The translations under genes were made by a program, and so were the position numbers. Below are positions 13,615-26,428 of a stretch of DNA of 64,000 nt, piece by piece. Under the pieces are notes generated by a model. It was not told where the DNA came from, made no database searches, and saw nothing but the letters and a program-made list of their open reading frames with translations. The DNA is from Candidatus Eiseniibacteriota bacterium (lineage in GTDB: Bacteria > Eisenbacteria > RBG-16-71-46). Each line of letters starts with the position of its first letter. Within the stretch, counting starts at the first letter, position 1. The DNA lies in NCBI GenBank assembly GCA_963776245.1, contig CAVZLN010000005.1:96001-160000 (forward strand), in the 5' to 3' direction.

Positions 13615-14315
13615 TCAGGCGGATGTCTTCGCCTCGCTGGCGCCGATGAAGCGGTAGACCATCGAGCCGAGCAGGGCGCCCGCGATCGGCGCGACCCAGA
13701 ACAGCCACAGCTGGGCGACCGCCCAGCCGCCGACGAACACCGCGACACCGGTGCTCCGCGCGGGGTTCACCGAAGCGTTGGTGACCGGGATGGCGATCAG
13801 ATTGGTCAGCGTGAGCCCCAGTCCGATCGCGAGCGGCGCAAAGCCCTGCGGCGCCCGCCGGTCGGTCGCTCCGAGGATGATGATCAGGAACATCATGGTC
13901 ACGACGACCTCGGTCACCAGCCCCGCCAGCATCGAGTACTGGCCGGGCGAGTGTTCGCCATAACCGTTCGACGCGAAGCCCGCCGTGAGATCGAAGCCGG
14001 CCCGGCCGCTGGCGATGACGTACAGGACGCCACCTGCCACGATGCCGCCGAGGACCTGCGCGACGATGTAGGGCAGCAGCCGGCTCGCGGGAAACGTCCG
14101 CTCGCCCACAGCCCGATGGACACCGCCGGATTGAGGTGGCATCCCGAGATGTGCCCGATCGCGTAGGCCATCGTGAGGACCGTCAGGCCGAACGCGAGGG
14201 CGACGCCCAACCATCCGATGCCGACACCGGGGAACGCGGCGGCCAGCAGAGCGCTGCCGCAACCTCCGAACACCAGCCAGAACGTCCCGAAGCACTCCGC
14301 GCCATACTGCTTCAT
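13615..14315 (-). CDS. aqpZ: Aquaporin Z (apparent frameshift near 14095)
   Basis: [32 protein letters not shown] and [12 protein letters not shown] motifs. Confidence 0.95.
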
Positions 14316-14490
14316 CGTCGGTCTCCTTCCGTGAGCGTGGATCACCGTGCGGAGCGCGAGGCTCCGCTCCACGGGTCGACCCCGGCAGCCTACACCGGGC
14401 ACGGCCGGATGTCGGCACGCCCGGCCCGGCGCGCCCGGCCCCGCGGAGCGCCGTGACGGTCCGCCGCGGGTGCTGGAGCACCGCCGGTGC

Positions 14491-14520
14491 TTGACCCTGC
14501 TCCGGCCCGGTCCCTACAGT
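14491..14520 (+). promoter_or_regulatory. Putative sigma70 promoter of acpS operon
   Basis: TTGACC-N18-TACAGT. Confidence 0.6.
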
Positions 14521-14560
14521 CGCGGCTTCGAGGGTCACCCAGGGCAGCACCGGAGGCCGG

Positions 14561-14941
14561 ATGCCCGTTCGCGGCATCGGTGTGGACATCTGCAAGGTGG
14601 AGCGCATCGCCGAGTCGCTGACGCGCTTCGGCGAGCGCATGGAGAAGCGCCTCTTCACGCCGGCGGAGCTGACCTATTCGCGCGGGCACCGCGACCCGCT
14701 GCCGCACCTCGCCGCGCGCTTCGCGGCCAAGGAGGCGGCCTCCAAGGCGCTCGGCACCGGCATGGCGGGCGGCGTCGGCTGGACCCAGATCGAGGTGCTG
14801 CAGCCCGGCGGCCGCCAGCCCTCGCTCGCCTTCACCGGCGTCGCGCTCGAGCGCTTCCAGGCGATCGGGGCCACCTCCTCGCACCTCTCGCTCTCGCACG
14901 ACGGCGGCCTGGCCGTGGCGTGCGTGGTGATCGAGGGCTGA
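14561..14941 (+). CDS. acpS: Holo-[acyl-carrier-protein] synthase
   Basis: [29 protein letters not shown]. Confidence 0.95.
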   Translation: MPVRGIGVDICKVERIAESLTRFGERMEKRLFTPAELTYSRGHRDPLPHLAARFAAKEAASKALGTGMAGGVGWTQIEVLQPGGRQPSLAFTGVALERFQAIGATSSHLSLSHDGGLAVACVVIEG

Positions 14942-14942
14942 G

Positions 14943-16451
14943 ATGAAGCTCCGGCGCGTGCTCATCGCCAATCGCGGCGAGATCGCGGTGCGCGTCATCC
15001 GCACGCTGCGCGAGCTCGACATCACCTCGATCGCGGTGTTCAGCGAGCCGGACCGCGCGTCGATGCACGTGCTGCTCGCCGACGAGGCCTATCCGATCGG
15101 GCCCGGCCCGTCGCGCGACTCCTACCTGAACCTGGAGCGCGTGCTCGAGACCGCGGTGCGCGTGAAGGCCGACGCCATCCACCCGGGCTACGGCTTCTTC
15201 GCCGAGAACAGCGCGTTCGCGCGTGCGTGCGCCGCGGCCGGGATCGCGTTCATCGGCCCGCGCCCCGAGACCATCGACGCGCTCGGCGACAAGCTGCGGG
15301 CGCGCGCGGCCGCGAAGGCCGCGGGCGTGCCGATGGTGCCGGGCTCCGACGGGCCGGTCGGCTCGCTCGACGAGGCGCGCGGCGTGGCGAAGCGCATCGG
15401 CTGGCCGCTCATGCTCAAGGCGGCGGCCGGCGGCGGCGGCAAGGGCATGCGGGTGGTGCGCGGCGACGCCGACCTGGCCTCGGCGTGGTCGCTGACGCGC
15501 GGCGAGGCGGCCGCGGCGTTCGGCGACGACCGCGTGTACCTCGAGCGCTACGTGACGCGCCCGCGCCACGTCGAGGCCCAGATCCTCGCCGACGCCGCAG
15601 GGCGCGTGACGTTCCTCGGCGAGCGCGAGTGCTCGGTGCAGCGCCGCCATCAGAAGCTGTTCGAGGAGACCCCGTGCCCGGCGTTCACCCCCGCGATCCG
15701 CGAGCGCTTCGCGGACGCCGCGACCCGGGTCGCGCGGCAGGTGGGCTACCTCAACGCCGGCACCGTCGAGTTCATCCTCGACGAGCACGGCGACTTCTTC
15801 TTCCTCGAGGTCAACACCCGGCTGCAGGTGGAGCACCCGGTCACCGAGATGGTGACCGGGCTCGACCTGGTGGCCGAGCAGATCGCCATCGCGGAGGGCG
15901 CGCCGCTGTCGTTCGGCGACCACCCGCCCGCCCCGCGCGGCTGGTCGATGGAGGCGCGCATCGTCGCCGAGGACCCGCGCGTGAACTTCATGCCCTCGCT
16001 CGGACGCATCGACCGCGTGCGCTTCCCGCACGGCCCGGGCGTGCGCAACGACGGCGGCTTCTACCGCGGCTCCGACATCCCGGTGTACTACGACTCGCTG
16101 CTCGCCAAGCTGGTGGTGTGGGGCCAGGACCGCGAGCAGGCGCGCCACCGGCTGCTGCGGGCGCTGGGCGAGTACCGCATCGACGGCGTGCACCACAACA
16201 TCGCGTTCCACATCTGGCTCGCCTCGCACCCCGAGTTCGTGAAGGGCGCGCTCTCGACCCGCTTCATCGAGGAGCACTTCGACCCCCGGGCCCTGGCCCC
16301 GGGCCCCGAGGCCGAGGAGGCGGCGCTGTTCGCCGCCGCGCTCCACGCGCGCGAGGAGCGCCTGCGCGTGGTGCTGCCCGCCGAACCGCCGGGCGGGGCG
16401 CGCTCCTCCTGGAAGTGGGACCGGCCGGGCGGCGGCGGGGCGCGGCGATGA
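14943..16451 (+). CDS. accC: Acetyl/propionyl-CoA carboxylase, biotin carboxylase subunit
   Basis: ANRGEIAVR, HPGYGF, GGGGKGMR, ECSVQRRHQK, EVNTRLQVEHPVTE. Confidence 0.92.
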   Translation: MKLRRVLIANRGEIAVRVIRTLRELDITSIAVFSEPDRASMHVLLADEAYPIGPGPSRDSYLNLERVLETAVRVKADAIHPGYGFFAENSAFARACAAAGIAFIGPRPETIDALGDKLRARAAAKAAGVPMVPGSDGPVGSLDEARGVAKRIGWPLMLKAAAGGGGKGMRVVRGDADLASAWSLTRGEAAAAFGDDRVYLERYVTRPRHVEAQILADAAGRVTFLGERECSVQRRHQKLFEETPCPAFTPAIRERFADAATRVARQVGYLNAGTVEFILDEHGDFFFLEVNTRLQVEHPVTEMVTGLDLVAEQIAIAEGAPLSFGDHPPAPRGWSMEARIVAEDPRVNFMPSLGRIDRVRFPHGPGVRNDGGFYRGSDIPVYYDSLLAKLVVWGQDREQARHRLLRALGEYRIDGVHHNIAFHIWLASHPEFVKGALSTRFIEEHFDPRALAPGPEAEEAALFAAALHAREERLRVVLPAEPPGGARSSWKWDRPGGGGARR

Positions 16452-16962
16452 AGCTCTGGGTCACGCTCGAGAGCGGCCGCGACGCCGAGGTGGAGTTCAC
16501 CACCGAGGACAAGCGCCTGTTCCTCGAGGTCGACGGCAGGAAGATGGAGGCCGACTTCCACCGGCTGCCCGACGGCGAGGTGTACTCGCTGCTCGTGGAC
16601 GGCCGCTCGCACGAGGTGCGCGTGTCCCCGATCGGCGACGCGCTCGAGGTGACGCTGCGCGGCACCACGGTCGCGGTCGAGGTGCGCCATCCGCTCGAGA
16701 AGATGCTCGCCCAGCAGCAGAAGGCCGCGGGCACCGGCGCGGGCGAGACGATCGCGGCGCCGATGCCCGGGCTGGTGGTGGCGCTGCGGGTGAAGCCCGG
16801 CGACCTCGTGGTGCCGGGACAGGCGGTGATCGTGGTCGAGGCGATGAAGATGCAGAACGAACTGCTGGCGCGCACCGGGGGCGTCGTGACCGAGGTGCTG
16901 GTCACCGAGCGCCAGACCGTGAGCAGCGGCCAGGCCCTGGTGCGCATGAAGAGCGCGGACGC

Positions 16963-16966
<4 letters not shown>
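16448..16966 (+). CDS. Biotin carboxyl carrier protein
   Basis: APMPG...EAMKMQNE biotinylation motif; ATGA-coupled. Confidence 0.9.
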
Positions 16967-18635
<1,669 letters not shown>

Positions 18636-18639
<4 letters not shown>

Positions 18640-19085
18640 GCCGCGGCCCCCGGCGCGCGCCGCACCGTCACCGCGCTCTCGCACGTCGCGATCGCCACGC
18701 GCGACGCGGACGCGCTCGCGGGCATGCTCGCCGGCGCGCTGGGCGCCACGCCGCGGCGACGAGGAGATCCTCGATCACGGGACGCTGCGCGTGGTGTTCC
18801 TCGACCTCGGCCCGGTCACGCTTCGAGCTGCTCGAGCCGCTCTCGCCCGACCACACCGTGGCGAAGTTCCTGGAGCAGCGCGGCCCGGGGCTCCACCACG
18901 TGAGCCTCGAGGTCGCCGACGTCGCCGCGGCGCTGACCCAGGCGAAGGCCGCCGGGGCCCGGCTGGTGGACGAGAGCGCGCGCCCCGGCGCCCACGGGAC
19001 GCGCGTGGCGTTCCTGCACCCGAAGAGCCTCGGCGGCGTGCTGGTCGAGCTGTGCCAGGCGCCGCCGAAGAAGCCGGGCGCCTAG
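18636..19085 (+). CDS. mce: Methylmalonyl-CoA epimerase (apparent frameshifts)
   Basis: [48 protein letters not shown]. Confidence 0.88.
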
Positions 19086-19095
19086 GCGCGAGCAC

Positions 19096-19707
19096 TCAGG
19101 CGCCGGGCCGCCGCGCCAGGATCTGCACGGTCGCCGCGCGACCGGTGTGGTAGCGGCCCTCGACCACGTCGCGCTCGACCTCGCGGGCGATCTCCAGCTC
19201 GAGCCCCGCCAGTTCCGCGGTGAGCGTCCCGAGCGCGGCGAGCCGTTCGGGATCCTGCGGGCCGCCGGTGCCGAACTCGAGCTGGCGGGGCGCGTACGCC
19301 TCGAGCACGAACACCCCGCCCGGCGCGAGCCCCGCGACCACCCGGCGATGCACGTCGCGCCGCAGCGCCGGCGGCAAGTGCGCGAACACCGACACGATCC
19401 CGCTCCACGCCGCGGGCGCGATCGCGAACTCCTCGAGGCCGGCGGCGACGGTCGCGATGCGCACGCCGCGCGCGCGCGCCAGCGCCTCGGCCTTCTCGAG
19501 GCCGACACGCGACTGGTCCATCGCGGTCACCTCGAGGCCGCCCCCGGCGAGGAACACCGCGTTGCGGCCCTGCCCCTCGGCCAGGCACAGCACGCGCCCC
19601 GGCGGGATGCGCCCCGCCACCTCGCGTACGAAGTCGTTCGGCTCGCTCCCGTAGGCGTATCCGTCCTCGGCGAAGCGCTCGTCCCAGAATCCCTCGGGTC
19701 GTTCCAT
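19096..19707 (-). CDS. Class I SAM-dependent methyltransferase (TehB-like)
   Basis: FWDERF...YAYGSEPNDF, LCLAEGQGRNAVFLA. Confidence 0.85.
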   Translation of the reverse strand: MERPEGFWDERFAEDGYAYGSEPNDFVREVAGRIPPGRVLCLAEGQGRNAVFLAGGGLEVTAMDQSRVGLEKAEALARARGVRIATVAAGLEEFAIAPAAWSGIVSVFAHLPPALRRDVHRRVVAGLAPGGVFVLEAYAPRQLEFGTGGPQDPERLAALGTLTAELAGLELEIAREVERDVVEGRYHTGRAATVQILARRPGA

Positions 19708-19759
19708 GTCCGCTCCTCTCATGCGCGCCGCGCGCTCCGGCCGGGACCCGGCCGGACGC

Positions 19760-20560
19760 TCAGGGCAGGTCCCGATGGCGGAACCACCACCACGCCGCGC
19801 ACACGCCGGCCAGACCCACCGCCCCGAGCAGCATGGCCGCCGGGCCGACGCCGGCACCGTCCACCAGGATCGCGCGCGGCATGAAGTGGTGGTGGAGTGA
19901 GTACGGCAGCACGAAGGCGGCCCGCTTCCACACCGTGCCGATGACGAAGGCGAGGTACGAGACCAGCGCCAGCAGGAAGGCGGCACCCGCCGCCCGGCCG
20001 CCCTCGCGTCCGCGCGACGACAGCGCCAGCGCGATGCCGAACCACGCCCACTGGAGCGCACCGTAGCCGAGCCCGAGGCGCGCCAGCGCGGCCGGCGGAT
20101 ACGGTCCGAGCGCGAACGCGCGCAGGCCCAGGAGCGTCCCAAGCAGCCCGACGCCCGCGGTCACCGCCAGCGCCAGCGCCCCGAACACCACGTGCGCGGC
20201 GAGGTAGCGTGCCCGTGAGAGCGGCTGGCCGAGCACCAGCTCCATCGCGCCGGTCTCGATCTCGCCCGCCACCGCGTTCGCCCCGAGCAGGATCGCCACC
20301 GCCGCGCCCAGTGCGTGGGCGATCGGGTGGTTCCAGCCGAACGCGAGCAGGCTGCCGGTGCTCAGCCCGCCGAAGAGCTGGGTCGCCACCACCGACTGCA
20401 GGAACGGCGGCAGCGTGTCGAGGAGCGCCTGGAGCGCGCCGGAGACGTCCACCGAGGCCACCGCGGCGGCGATCAGGAACTGGAACAGGCCGAGCAGGCC
20501 CGCGCTCGCGAGCACGAAGGGCGCGTTCCGCCACGCGAGTCGACGCAGGACCTCAGTCAC
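19760..20560 (-). CDS. ABC-2 type transporter permease
   Basis: About 6 TM segments, AGEIETGAMELVLGQPLSRAR motif. Confidence 0.85.
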   Translation of the reverse strand: MTEVLRRLAWRNAPFVLASAGLLGLFQFLIAAAVASVDVSGALQALLDTLPPFLQSVVATQLFGGLSTGSLLAFGWNHPIAHALGAAVAILLGANAVAGEIETGAMELVLGQPLSRARYLAAHVVFGALALAVTAGVGLLGTLLGLRAFALGPYPPAALARLGLGYGALQWAWFGIALALSSRGREGGRAAGAAFLLALVSYLAFVIGTVWKRAAFVLPYSLHHHFMPRAILVDGAGVGPAAMLLGAVGLAGVCAAWWWFRHRDLP

Positions 20561-21449
20561 CGCGCGCTCCGGCGCTCTCGTAGTAGGCGAGGAAGATGTC
20601 CTCGAGCCGCGGCTCGGGGAGCACGAGCTCGGCCACCTCGTGCTGCACCAGCCGCCGCAGCAGCGGATTGACGTCGCCGCGCACCAGCAGTTCCACCGCG
20701 CGCCCCTCGGTCCCGGCCACCGTGATCCCTGCCACATCGTCGAGTGCCGGCGGGTCTCCCCGGAAGATCACCCGCGCGCGCCGGACCATGCGCTCGCGCA
20801 GCGTCAGGATGGACTCCTGCGCGAGCACCTCCCCCGCCCGCAGGATCGCGACCCGTCCGCACACCGCCTCGACCTCCGAGAGCACGTGCGAGGAGAGCAG
20901 CACCGCGCGCCCGGCGCGCGCGCGTTCCACCAGCAGTCCGCGGAACGCGCGCTGCACCACCGGATCGAGACCGTTCGAGGGCTCGTCGAGCAGCAGCAGG
21001 TCGGGGTCGTGCTGCATCGCGATCACCAGCCCGAGCTTCTGCCGCGTGCCGTGCGAGAGCTGCTTCACGCGCCGCGCCAGGTCGCGGCGCTCCAGCCCCA
21101 GCGCCTCGAGCAGGCGCTCGCGCATCAGCGGGGGCCGCCGCGGGCGCATGCGGGCGAAGGTGTCGAGCAGGTCCGCGCCGCGCAGATCCCCCCACAGGCG
21201 CAGTTCGCCGGGCAGGTAGCCGACCCGCTCCCGCGCCGCCGAACGGCCCGCCGGCGCGCCGAACAGCCGCACCGCGCCGCGCTCGGCGCGCACCAGGTCC
21301 ATCGCGATCCGCAGCGTGGTGGTCTTGCCCGCGCCGTTGGGGCCGAGGAATCCGAACACCTCGCCCGCGTCGACGGTGAGGCTCACGTCGCGGAGGGCGG
21401 TGACTGTGCCGAAGCGCTTGTGGAGACCGACGACCTCGAGAGCGTGCAT
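20553..21449 (-). CDS. ABC transporter ATP-binding protein
   Basis: GPNGAGKTT, LSHGTRQK, LLLDEP, SSH. Confidence 0.93.
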   Translation of the reverse strand: MHALEVVGLHKRFGTVTALRDVSLTVDAGEVFGFLGPNGAGKTTTLRIAMDLVRAERGAVRLFGAPAGRSAARERVGYLPGELRLWGDLRGADLLDTFARMRPRRPPLMRERLLEALGLERRDLARRVKQLSHGTRQKLGLVIAMQHDPDLLLLDEPSNGLDPVVQRAFRGLLVERARAGRAVLLSSHVLSEVEAVCGRVAILRAGEVLAQESILTLRERMVRRARVIFRGDPPALDDVAGITVAGTEGRAVELLVRGDVNPLLRRLVQHEVAELVLPEPRLEDIFLAYYESAGARGD

Positions 21450-21489
21450 GCGCGCCTCCCCGCGGCACGATAGCACGCCGGAATCGCGA

Positions 21490-21523
21490 AGGCGCCGCGG
21501 CGGAGCGGACCGCCGCGGCGCCT
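21490..21523 (-). terminator. Hairpin downstream of the DUF362 gene
   Basis: 14-bp perfect stem AGGCGCCGCGGCGG / CCGCCGCGGCGCCT with 6-nt loop; weak U-tract. Confidence 0.5.
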
Positions 21524-21537
21524 CCCGGCCGGTGCGC

Positions 21538-22659
21538 CTAACCGCGCGTGAACGCCGTCCCGGCGCCGTAGGACTCGAACAGCTTGCCCCAGCCGGTCTT
21601 CATGATCTCCCGCACCCGCGGCTTGCCGTTCACCGGGTACCAGTAGCCGTCGTGGTACGCGCGCGACGCGGCGTACGACCACGGCACGATCGGCGAGCGC
21701 AGCAGCGCGTTCTCCAGGAACTTGAGCGGGCCCCAGTAGATCAGCTTCTGGCCCCACGACGCGAACGTGTTCTCCTCGAGCGAGCCGCGGAAGCCGAAGT
21801 TCACGTTCTTGATGTCCTCGCCCACGATCTCGATCTCGCTCGGGTTGCCGCAGCCGAGGCCGTTCTCGTGCGCCAGGCGGATGAACTTGAGGTCCTGCAT
21901 CGGGTCGAAGCCCATCATCTTCGCCGCGATGGCGTCGATCGCCACGCAGTCGCTCGAGGCGAGGATGTAGTTCTTGACGTGCGGGCGCATGCAGCGCGGG
22001 CCCGGGCCGTCGCCCGCGATGGTGCCGTCCATCACCGCGAAGATGCCGGGGTGGATCTCCTTCTGGATGCGCAGCAGGTCCACCAGCGTCTCGTGGATCA
22101 CCGAGTGCGTCCAGTGGCGGTTCAGGTTGAGCAGGCCGCCGAACGCGTTCTTCATCGCGCCGGTGGTGCCGGTGAAGATGTGGGTCTTGACGGTGGGCAT
22201 GTGGATCACGTTCTTGCCCACCAGCATCCGCGGGATCTGGATGCCCTGCTTCTCGAACACCCGGTCGAGCACCAGCATCCTGCCCTTGGGCTGGTAGCGG
22301 ATCCACTCGGTGGGCGGCTCGCTCAGGTACTGGATCGGGACCCGGTACCGGTCGAGCACCGGGGCGAGGTGGTTCCGCACCGTGCCCTCACGGCAGGACA
22401 CCACCACGGTGTCGTTCTGCGCCGCGATCAGGTCGCGCGAGACGTCGTAGTTGTCGCGCTTCATCTTCTCGATGACGCCGTGCATCTGCCAGGGCGTGGT
22501 CGAACAGGCCGGCATGTACACGTGCCACGAGATGTTGATGCGCAGGCAGGTCTGCTTGTCGAAGGGCAGGGCCTCGCGGTAGCCGGCCAGGTCCATCAGG
22601 CGGCCGTAGTCCTCGACGGCGGTCTCGGGAGAGGTGCGGAGGACGGCGACTTTCGACAT
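21538..22659 (-). CDS. DUF362 domain protein
   Basis: PTVKTH...[39 protein letters not shown] pattern. Confidence 0.75.
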   Translation of the reverse strand: MSKVAVLRTSPETAVEDYGRLMDLAGYREALPFDKQTCLRINISWHVYMPACSTTPWQMHGVIEKMKRDNYDVSRDLIAAQNDTVVVSCREGTVRNHLAPVLDRYRVPIQYLSEPPTEWIRYQPKGRMLVLDRVFEKQGIQIPRMLVGKNVIHMPTVKTHIFTGTTGAMKNAFGGLLNLNRHWTHSVIHETLVDLLRIQKEIHPGIFAVMDGTIAGDGPGPRCMRPHVKNYILASSDCVAIDAIAAKMMGFDPMQDLKFIRLAHENGLGCGNPSEIEIVGEDIKNVNFGFRGSLEENTFASWGQKLIYWGPLKFLENALLRSPIVPWSYAASRAYHDGYWYPVNGKPRVREIMKTGWGKLFESYGAGTAFTRG

Positions 22660-22731
22660 CGAGGGCTCCTGGGATCGGTGATGTCCGGGGGGTTCGTCGC
22701 GGCCGCGGCGGGATGATAGCAGACGGCCTCG

Positions 22732-23886
22732 CTACACCTTCGCGCCGTCCTTGAGCAGGCTGCGCGCGATGCACCAGGCGCTGGATCTCCGAGGTGCCCT
22801 CGTAGATCTCCATCACCCGCGCGTCGCGGTAGTAGCGCTCGACCGCGTAGTCCTTCACGTAGCCGTAGCCGCCGTGCACCTGGATGGCCTGGTGCGTCAC
22901 GTAGGTCGCGGCCTCGCTCGCGTAGAGCTTCGCCATGGCCGCCTCGCGCGTGTAGGGCTTGCCCGCCGTCGCGCAGCCACGCCGCCCGCTGCACCAGCAG
23001 GCGCGAGCACTGCACGCGGCGCTCCATCTCGGCCAGCTTGAACTGCACCGCCTGGATCTTCGCGATCGGGCCGCCGAACGCCTTGCGCTGCTGCGCGTAG
23101 CGCGCCGCCTCGTCGAACGCCGCCCTCATCACGCCCGAGCGCCTGGGCGGCGACGCCGATACGGCCGGCGTCGAGCATGCTCATGGCGATCCGGAAGCCG
23201 TCGCCCTCGGCGCCGAGGCGCTGGTCCGCCGGCACGCGCAGGTCCTCGAGCGCGAGCGCGACGGTGTCCGAGCCGCGCAGGCCCATCTTGTCCTCGGACT
23301 TGCCCAGCACCAGGCCGGGTGTGCCGCGCTCGACGATGAACGCGGAGATCCCGCGATTGCCGGCGTCCCGGTCGGTCTTCGCGAACACCAGGATGACCCC
23401 GGCCTGCTGGCCGTTGGTGACCCAGTTCTTGCTGCCGTTGAGCACGTAGTCGTCGCCGTCGCGCACCGCGGTGGACTCGAGCGCTCCGGCGTCCGAGCCG
23501 GCGCCGGGCTCCGAGAGCGAGAACGCGCCCAGCTCCTTGCTGACCAGCCGCGGCAGGAACCGCTTGCGCTGCGCGTCGGTGCCGAAGCGGAACACCGGCG
23601 TCGCGCCGACCGAGTTGTGCACCGCGATCATGATCGCGAGCGCCGCCGAGACGTAGGCGATCTCCTCGATGACGGTGATGATGGTGCGCGCGTCGTAGCC
23701 CAGCCCGCCCCACTCCTCGGGGACACCCATGCCGAGGAAGCCCTGCTCGGCGAGGCGCTTCACCGCCTCCGGCGGCACCTTGCTCTCGCGGTCCCAGCGC
23801 GCGGCGTGCGGCGCGAACTCGCCGCGGCACAGCTCGCGCACCGCGTCGCGGATCTGGGTCTGGTCCTCGGTGAGATCGAGGTTCAT
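22732..23886 (-). CDS. Acyl-CoA dehydrogenase (apparent frameshifts near 23130, 22965, 22770)
   Basis: [48 protein letters not shown]. Confidence 0.92.
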
Positions 23887-23893
23887 GCGCGCC

Positions 23894-24277
23894 TCACGCG
23901 GTCACCTGCGCCGGGTCCTCGCGGAACCGGAACAGGCAGACGAGGGCGAGGATCCCCATGACGCTCGGGCCGATCGGATCGAGCACCGACAGCGCGGCGG
24001 CGAGCATCGCCACCGGCACCGCGCGCGAGTCGCCGACCCACAGTCCGGGCACCGCCGCCAGCCACAGCAGGCCGATCACGCACTTGGCGCCGAGCACCAG
24101 CGCGAGCGGCAGGTGCGCCTTCAGGGCGAGATCGATCCACGGGCCGGCCTGGCCCACGAGCAGGAACTGCTCGCCGGTCACGAACGGATAGAGCCCCTGG
24201 AACAGCAGCGTGGCGCCCGGATAGATCGCGCACGCGGTGAGGAACACCAGCGCGCCGGGTCGGATGGGTCGGGTCAT
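23894..24277 (-). CDS. Small hypothetical membrane protein
   Basis: 127 aa with about 4 hydrophobic segments, co-oriented between acyl-CoA dehydrogenases. Confidence 0.6.
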   Translation of the reverse strand: MTRPIRPGALVFLTACAIYPGATLLFQGLYPFVTGEQFLLVGQAGPWIDLALKAHLPLALVLGAKCVIGLLWLAAVPGLWVGDSRAVPVAMLAAALSVLDPIGPSVMGILALVCLFRFREDPAQVTA

Positions 24278-24329
24278 GCGTCGGTTCTCCTTCGGGATTC
24301 CGGAACGGTCGCGGCGGGCTCCCGCCGCG

Positions 24330-25526
24330 TCAGGCGAGGTACTCCCGCACCGCGTCCTTCAGCACCTGGGCCGCGACCACCATCTTCTGCACCTCGGTCG
24401 TGCCCTCGTAGATCTCGCAGATCTTCGCGTCGCGCCAGTAGCGCTCGACGTGGAACTCGGACAGATAGCCGTACCCGCCGTGGATCTGCACCGCCCAGTT
24501 CGCGCACCGCGTCGCGGCCTCGGAGGCGTGCCACTTGGCGAGCGAGGCCTCCTTGGTGTGCGGACGTCCCCGGTCGCGCAGCCACGCGGCCTGGTACACC
24601 AGCAGCCGCGCGGTCTCGACCTCGACCGCGGAGTCCGCGAGCATGGCGCGGATGGCGTCGAACTCGCCGATCGGGCGGTCGAACTGCACGCGTTCGCCGG
24701 CGTACCGCACCGCCGCCTCGAGCGAGGCCTGCGCGATGCCCAGCCCCTGCGCGGCGATCCCGATGCGGCCCCCGCCGAGCGTGGCGAGCGCCACGGTGTA
24801 GCCCTTGTTGTACTCGCCCAGCAGGTTCTCCTTCGGCACCCGCGCGTTGACCAGCGCGATCTCGCGCGTGTCCGAGGCGCGGATGCCGAGCTTGCGCTCC
24901 TTCTTGCCCTTCTCCACCCCCGGCGTGTCGGCGTCGACGATGAAGGCCGAGATGCCCTTCGGGCCGAGCGTGCGGTCGGTGGACGCGTACGTGATCAGCA
25001 CGTCGGACGGGCCGGCGTTGGTGATGAACACCTTGGTGCCGTTGAGCACGTAGTGGTCACCGTCGAGCACCGCGGTGGTCTCCTGGTTGGCCGCGTTGCT
25101 GCCGGCGTTGGGCTCCGTCAGCAGGTAGGCGCCGAGCTTCTCGCCCTTCGCCAGGGGCACCAGGTACTTGCGCTTCTGCGCCTCGTTGGCGTACGCGATC
25201 AGCGGATAGCACACCAGCGAGTTGTTCACCGAGGCGATGACGCCGTGGCTCGCGCACGCGCGCGACAGCTCCTCGATGGCGATGACGTACGACAGGTAGT
25301 CCATCCCGGCGCCGCCGTACGCTTCCGGCACGAACATGCCGAGCAGGCCGAGTTCGGCCATCTTCTTCACGTTCGCGGCCGGGAACTCGTGGGTCTCGTC
25401 GATGTGCTCGGCGATCGGACGGATCTCGCTCTCGGCGAAGTCGCGCACCATCTCGCGGACGGCCAGATGGTCCTCGCCGAGCTCGAAGGACAGCCCGCTG
25501 GTCGACACGGCGGATTCCGGGGTCAT
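24330..25526 (-). CDS. Acyl-CoA dehydrogenase (butyryl-CoA dehydrogenase-like)
   Basis: [46 protein letters not shown]. Confidence 0.93.
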   Translation of the reverse strand: MTPESAVSTSGLSFELGEDHLAVREMVRDFAESEIRPIAEHIDETHEFPAANVKKMAELGLLGMFVPEAYGGAGMDYLSYVIAIEELSRACASHGVIASVNNSLVCYPLIAYANEAQKRKYLVPLAKGEKLGAYLLTEPNAGSNAANQETTAVLDGDHYVLNGTKVFITNAGPSDVLITYASTDRTLGPKGISAFIVDADTPGVEKGKKERKLGIRASDTREIALVNARVPKENLLGEYNKGYTVALATLGGGRIGIAAQGLGIAQASLEAAVRYAGERVQFDRPIGEFDAIRAMLADSAVEVETARLLVYQAAWLRDRGRPHTKEASLAKWHASEAATRCANWAVQIHGGYGYLSEFHVERYWRDAKICEIYEGTTEVQKMVVAAQVLKDAVREYLA

Positions 25527-26428
25527 GCCTTGGGCGCCTCGCGGTAGTCGAAGAACCCACGGCCGCTCTTGCGGCCGAGGTGGCCCGCCTTGACCATCTT
25601 GCGCAGCAGCGGGCACGGGCGGTACTTCGAGTCACCCAGCCCCTCGTGCAGCACCTCCATGATCGACAGGCAGGTGTCGAGCCCGATCAGGTCGGCGAGC
25701 GCGAGCGGGCCCATCGGATGGTTCATGCCCAGCTTCATCACGGTGTCGATCGCCTCCCTGGTCGCCACGCCCTCCATCAGCGTGAAGACCGCCTCGTTGA
25801 TCATCGGCATGAGGATGCGGTTCGAGATGAAGCCCGGATAGTCGTTGACCTCGACCGGGGTCTTGCCGAGACGCCGCGAGAGGTCCTCGGTGAGCGCGTA
25901 GGTGGCGTCGCTGGTGGTGAGCCCGCGGATGATCTCGACCAGCTGCATCACCGGCACCGGGTTCATGAAGTGCATGCCGATGACCTGCTCGGGGCGCCGG
26001 GTGACCGCGGCGATCTCGGTGATCGAGATGCTCGAGGTGTTCGAGCCCAGGATGCAGCGGGCGGGCGCCACGCCGTCGAGCGTCTGGAAGATCTGCCGCT
26101 TGACCGCGAAGTCCTCGGTCACCGCCTCGATCACGAGGTCGGCGTCCCGCGCCACCTCGAGCGAGGTGCCGCCGTGGATGCGCTTGAGGATCGCCGGCGC
26201 CTTGTCCGCGGGCCACTCCTGCTTCTTGGCCACGCGCTCGAGGCTCTTGCCGACCGCGCCGAGGGCGCGCTCGACCAGGTCGGGGCGCGCGTCCACCAGC
26301 TCGACCTCGAAGCCGCAGGTCGCGAACACCTGGGCGATGCCGTTGCCCATCGTGCCGCCGCCCACCACCATCACCTTCTTCACCGCGGCCGACGGGCCGC
26401 TCGTCACCACTTCGGTCTGGGTGCTCAT
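25523..26428 (-). CDS. hbd: 3-hydroxybutyryl-CoA dehydrogenase
   Basis: [47 protein letters not shown]. Confidence 0.92.
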   Translation of the reverse strand: MSTQTEVVTSGPSAAVKKVMVVGGGTMGNGIAQVFATCGFEVELVDARPDLVERALGAVGKSLERVAKKQEWPADKAPAILKRIHGGTSLEVARDADLVIEAVTEDFAVKRQIFQTLDGVAPARCILGSNTSSISITEIAAVTRRPEQVIGMHFMNPVPVMQLVEIIRGLTTSDATYALTEDLSRRLGKTPVEVNDYPGFISNRILMPMINEAVFTLMEGVATREAIDTVMKLGMNHPMGPLALADLIGLDTCLSIMEVLHEGLGDSKYRPCPLLRKMVKAGHLGRKSGRGFFDYREAPKA

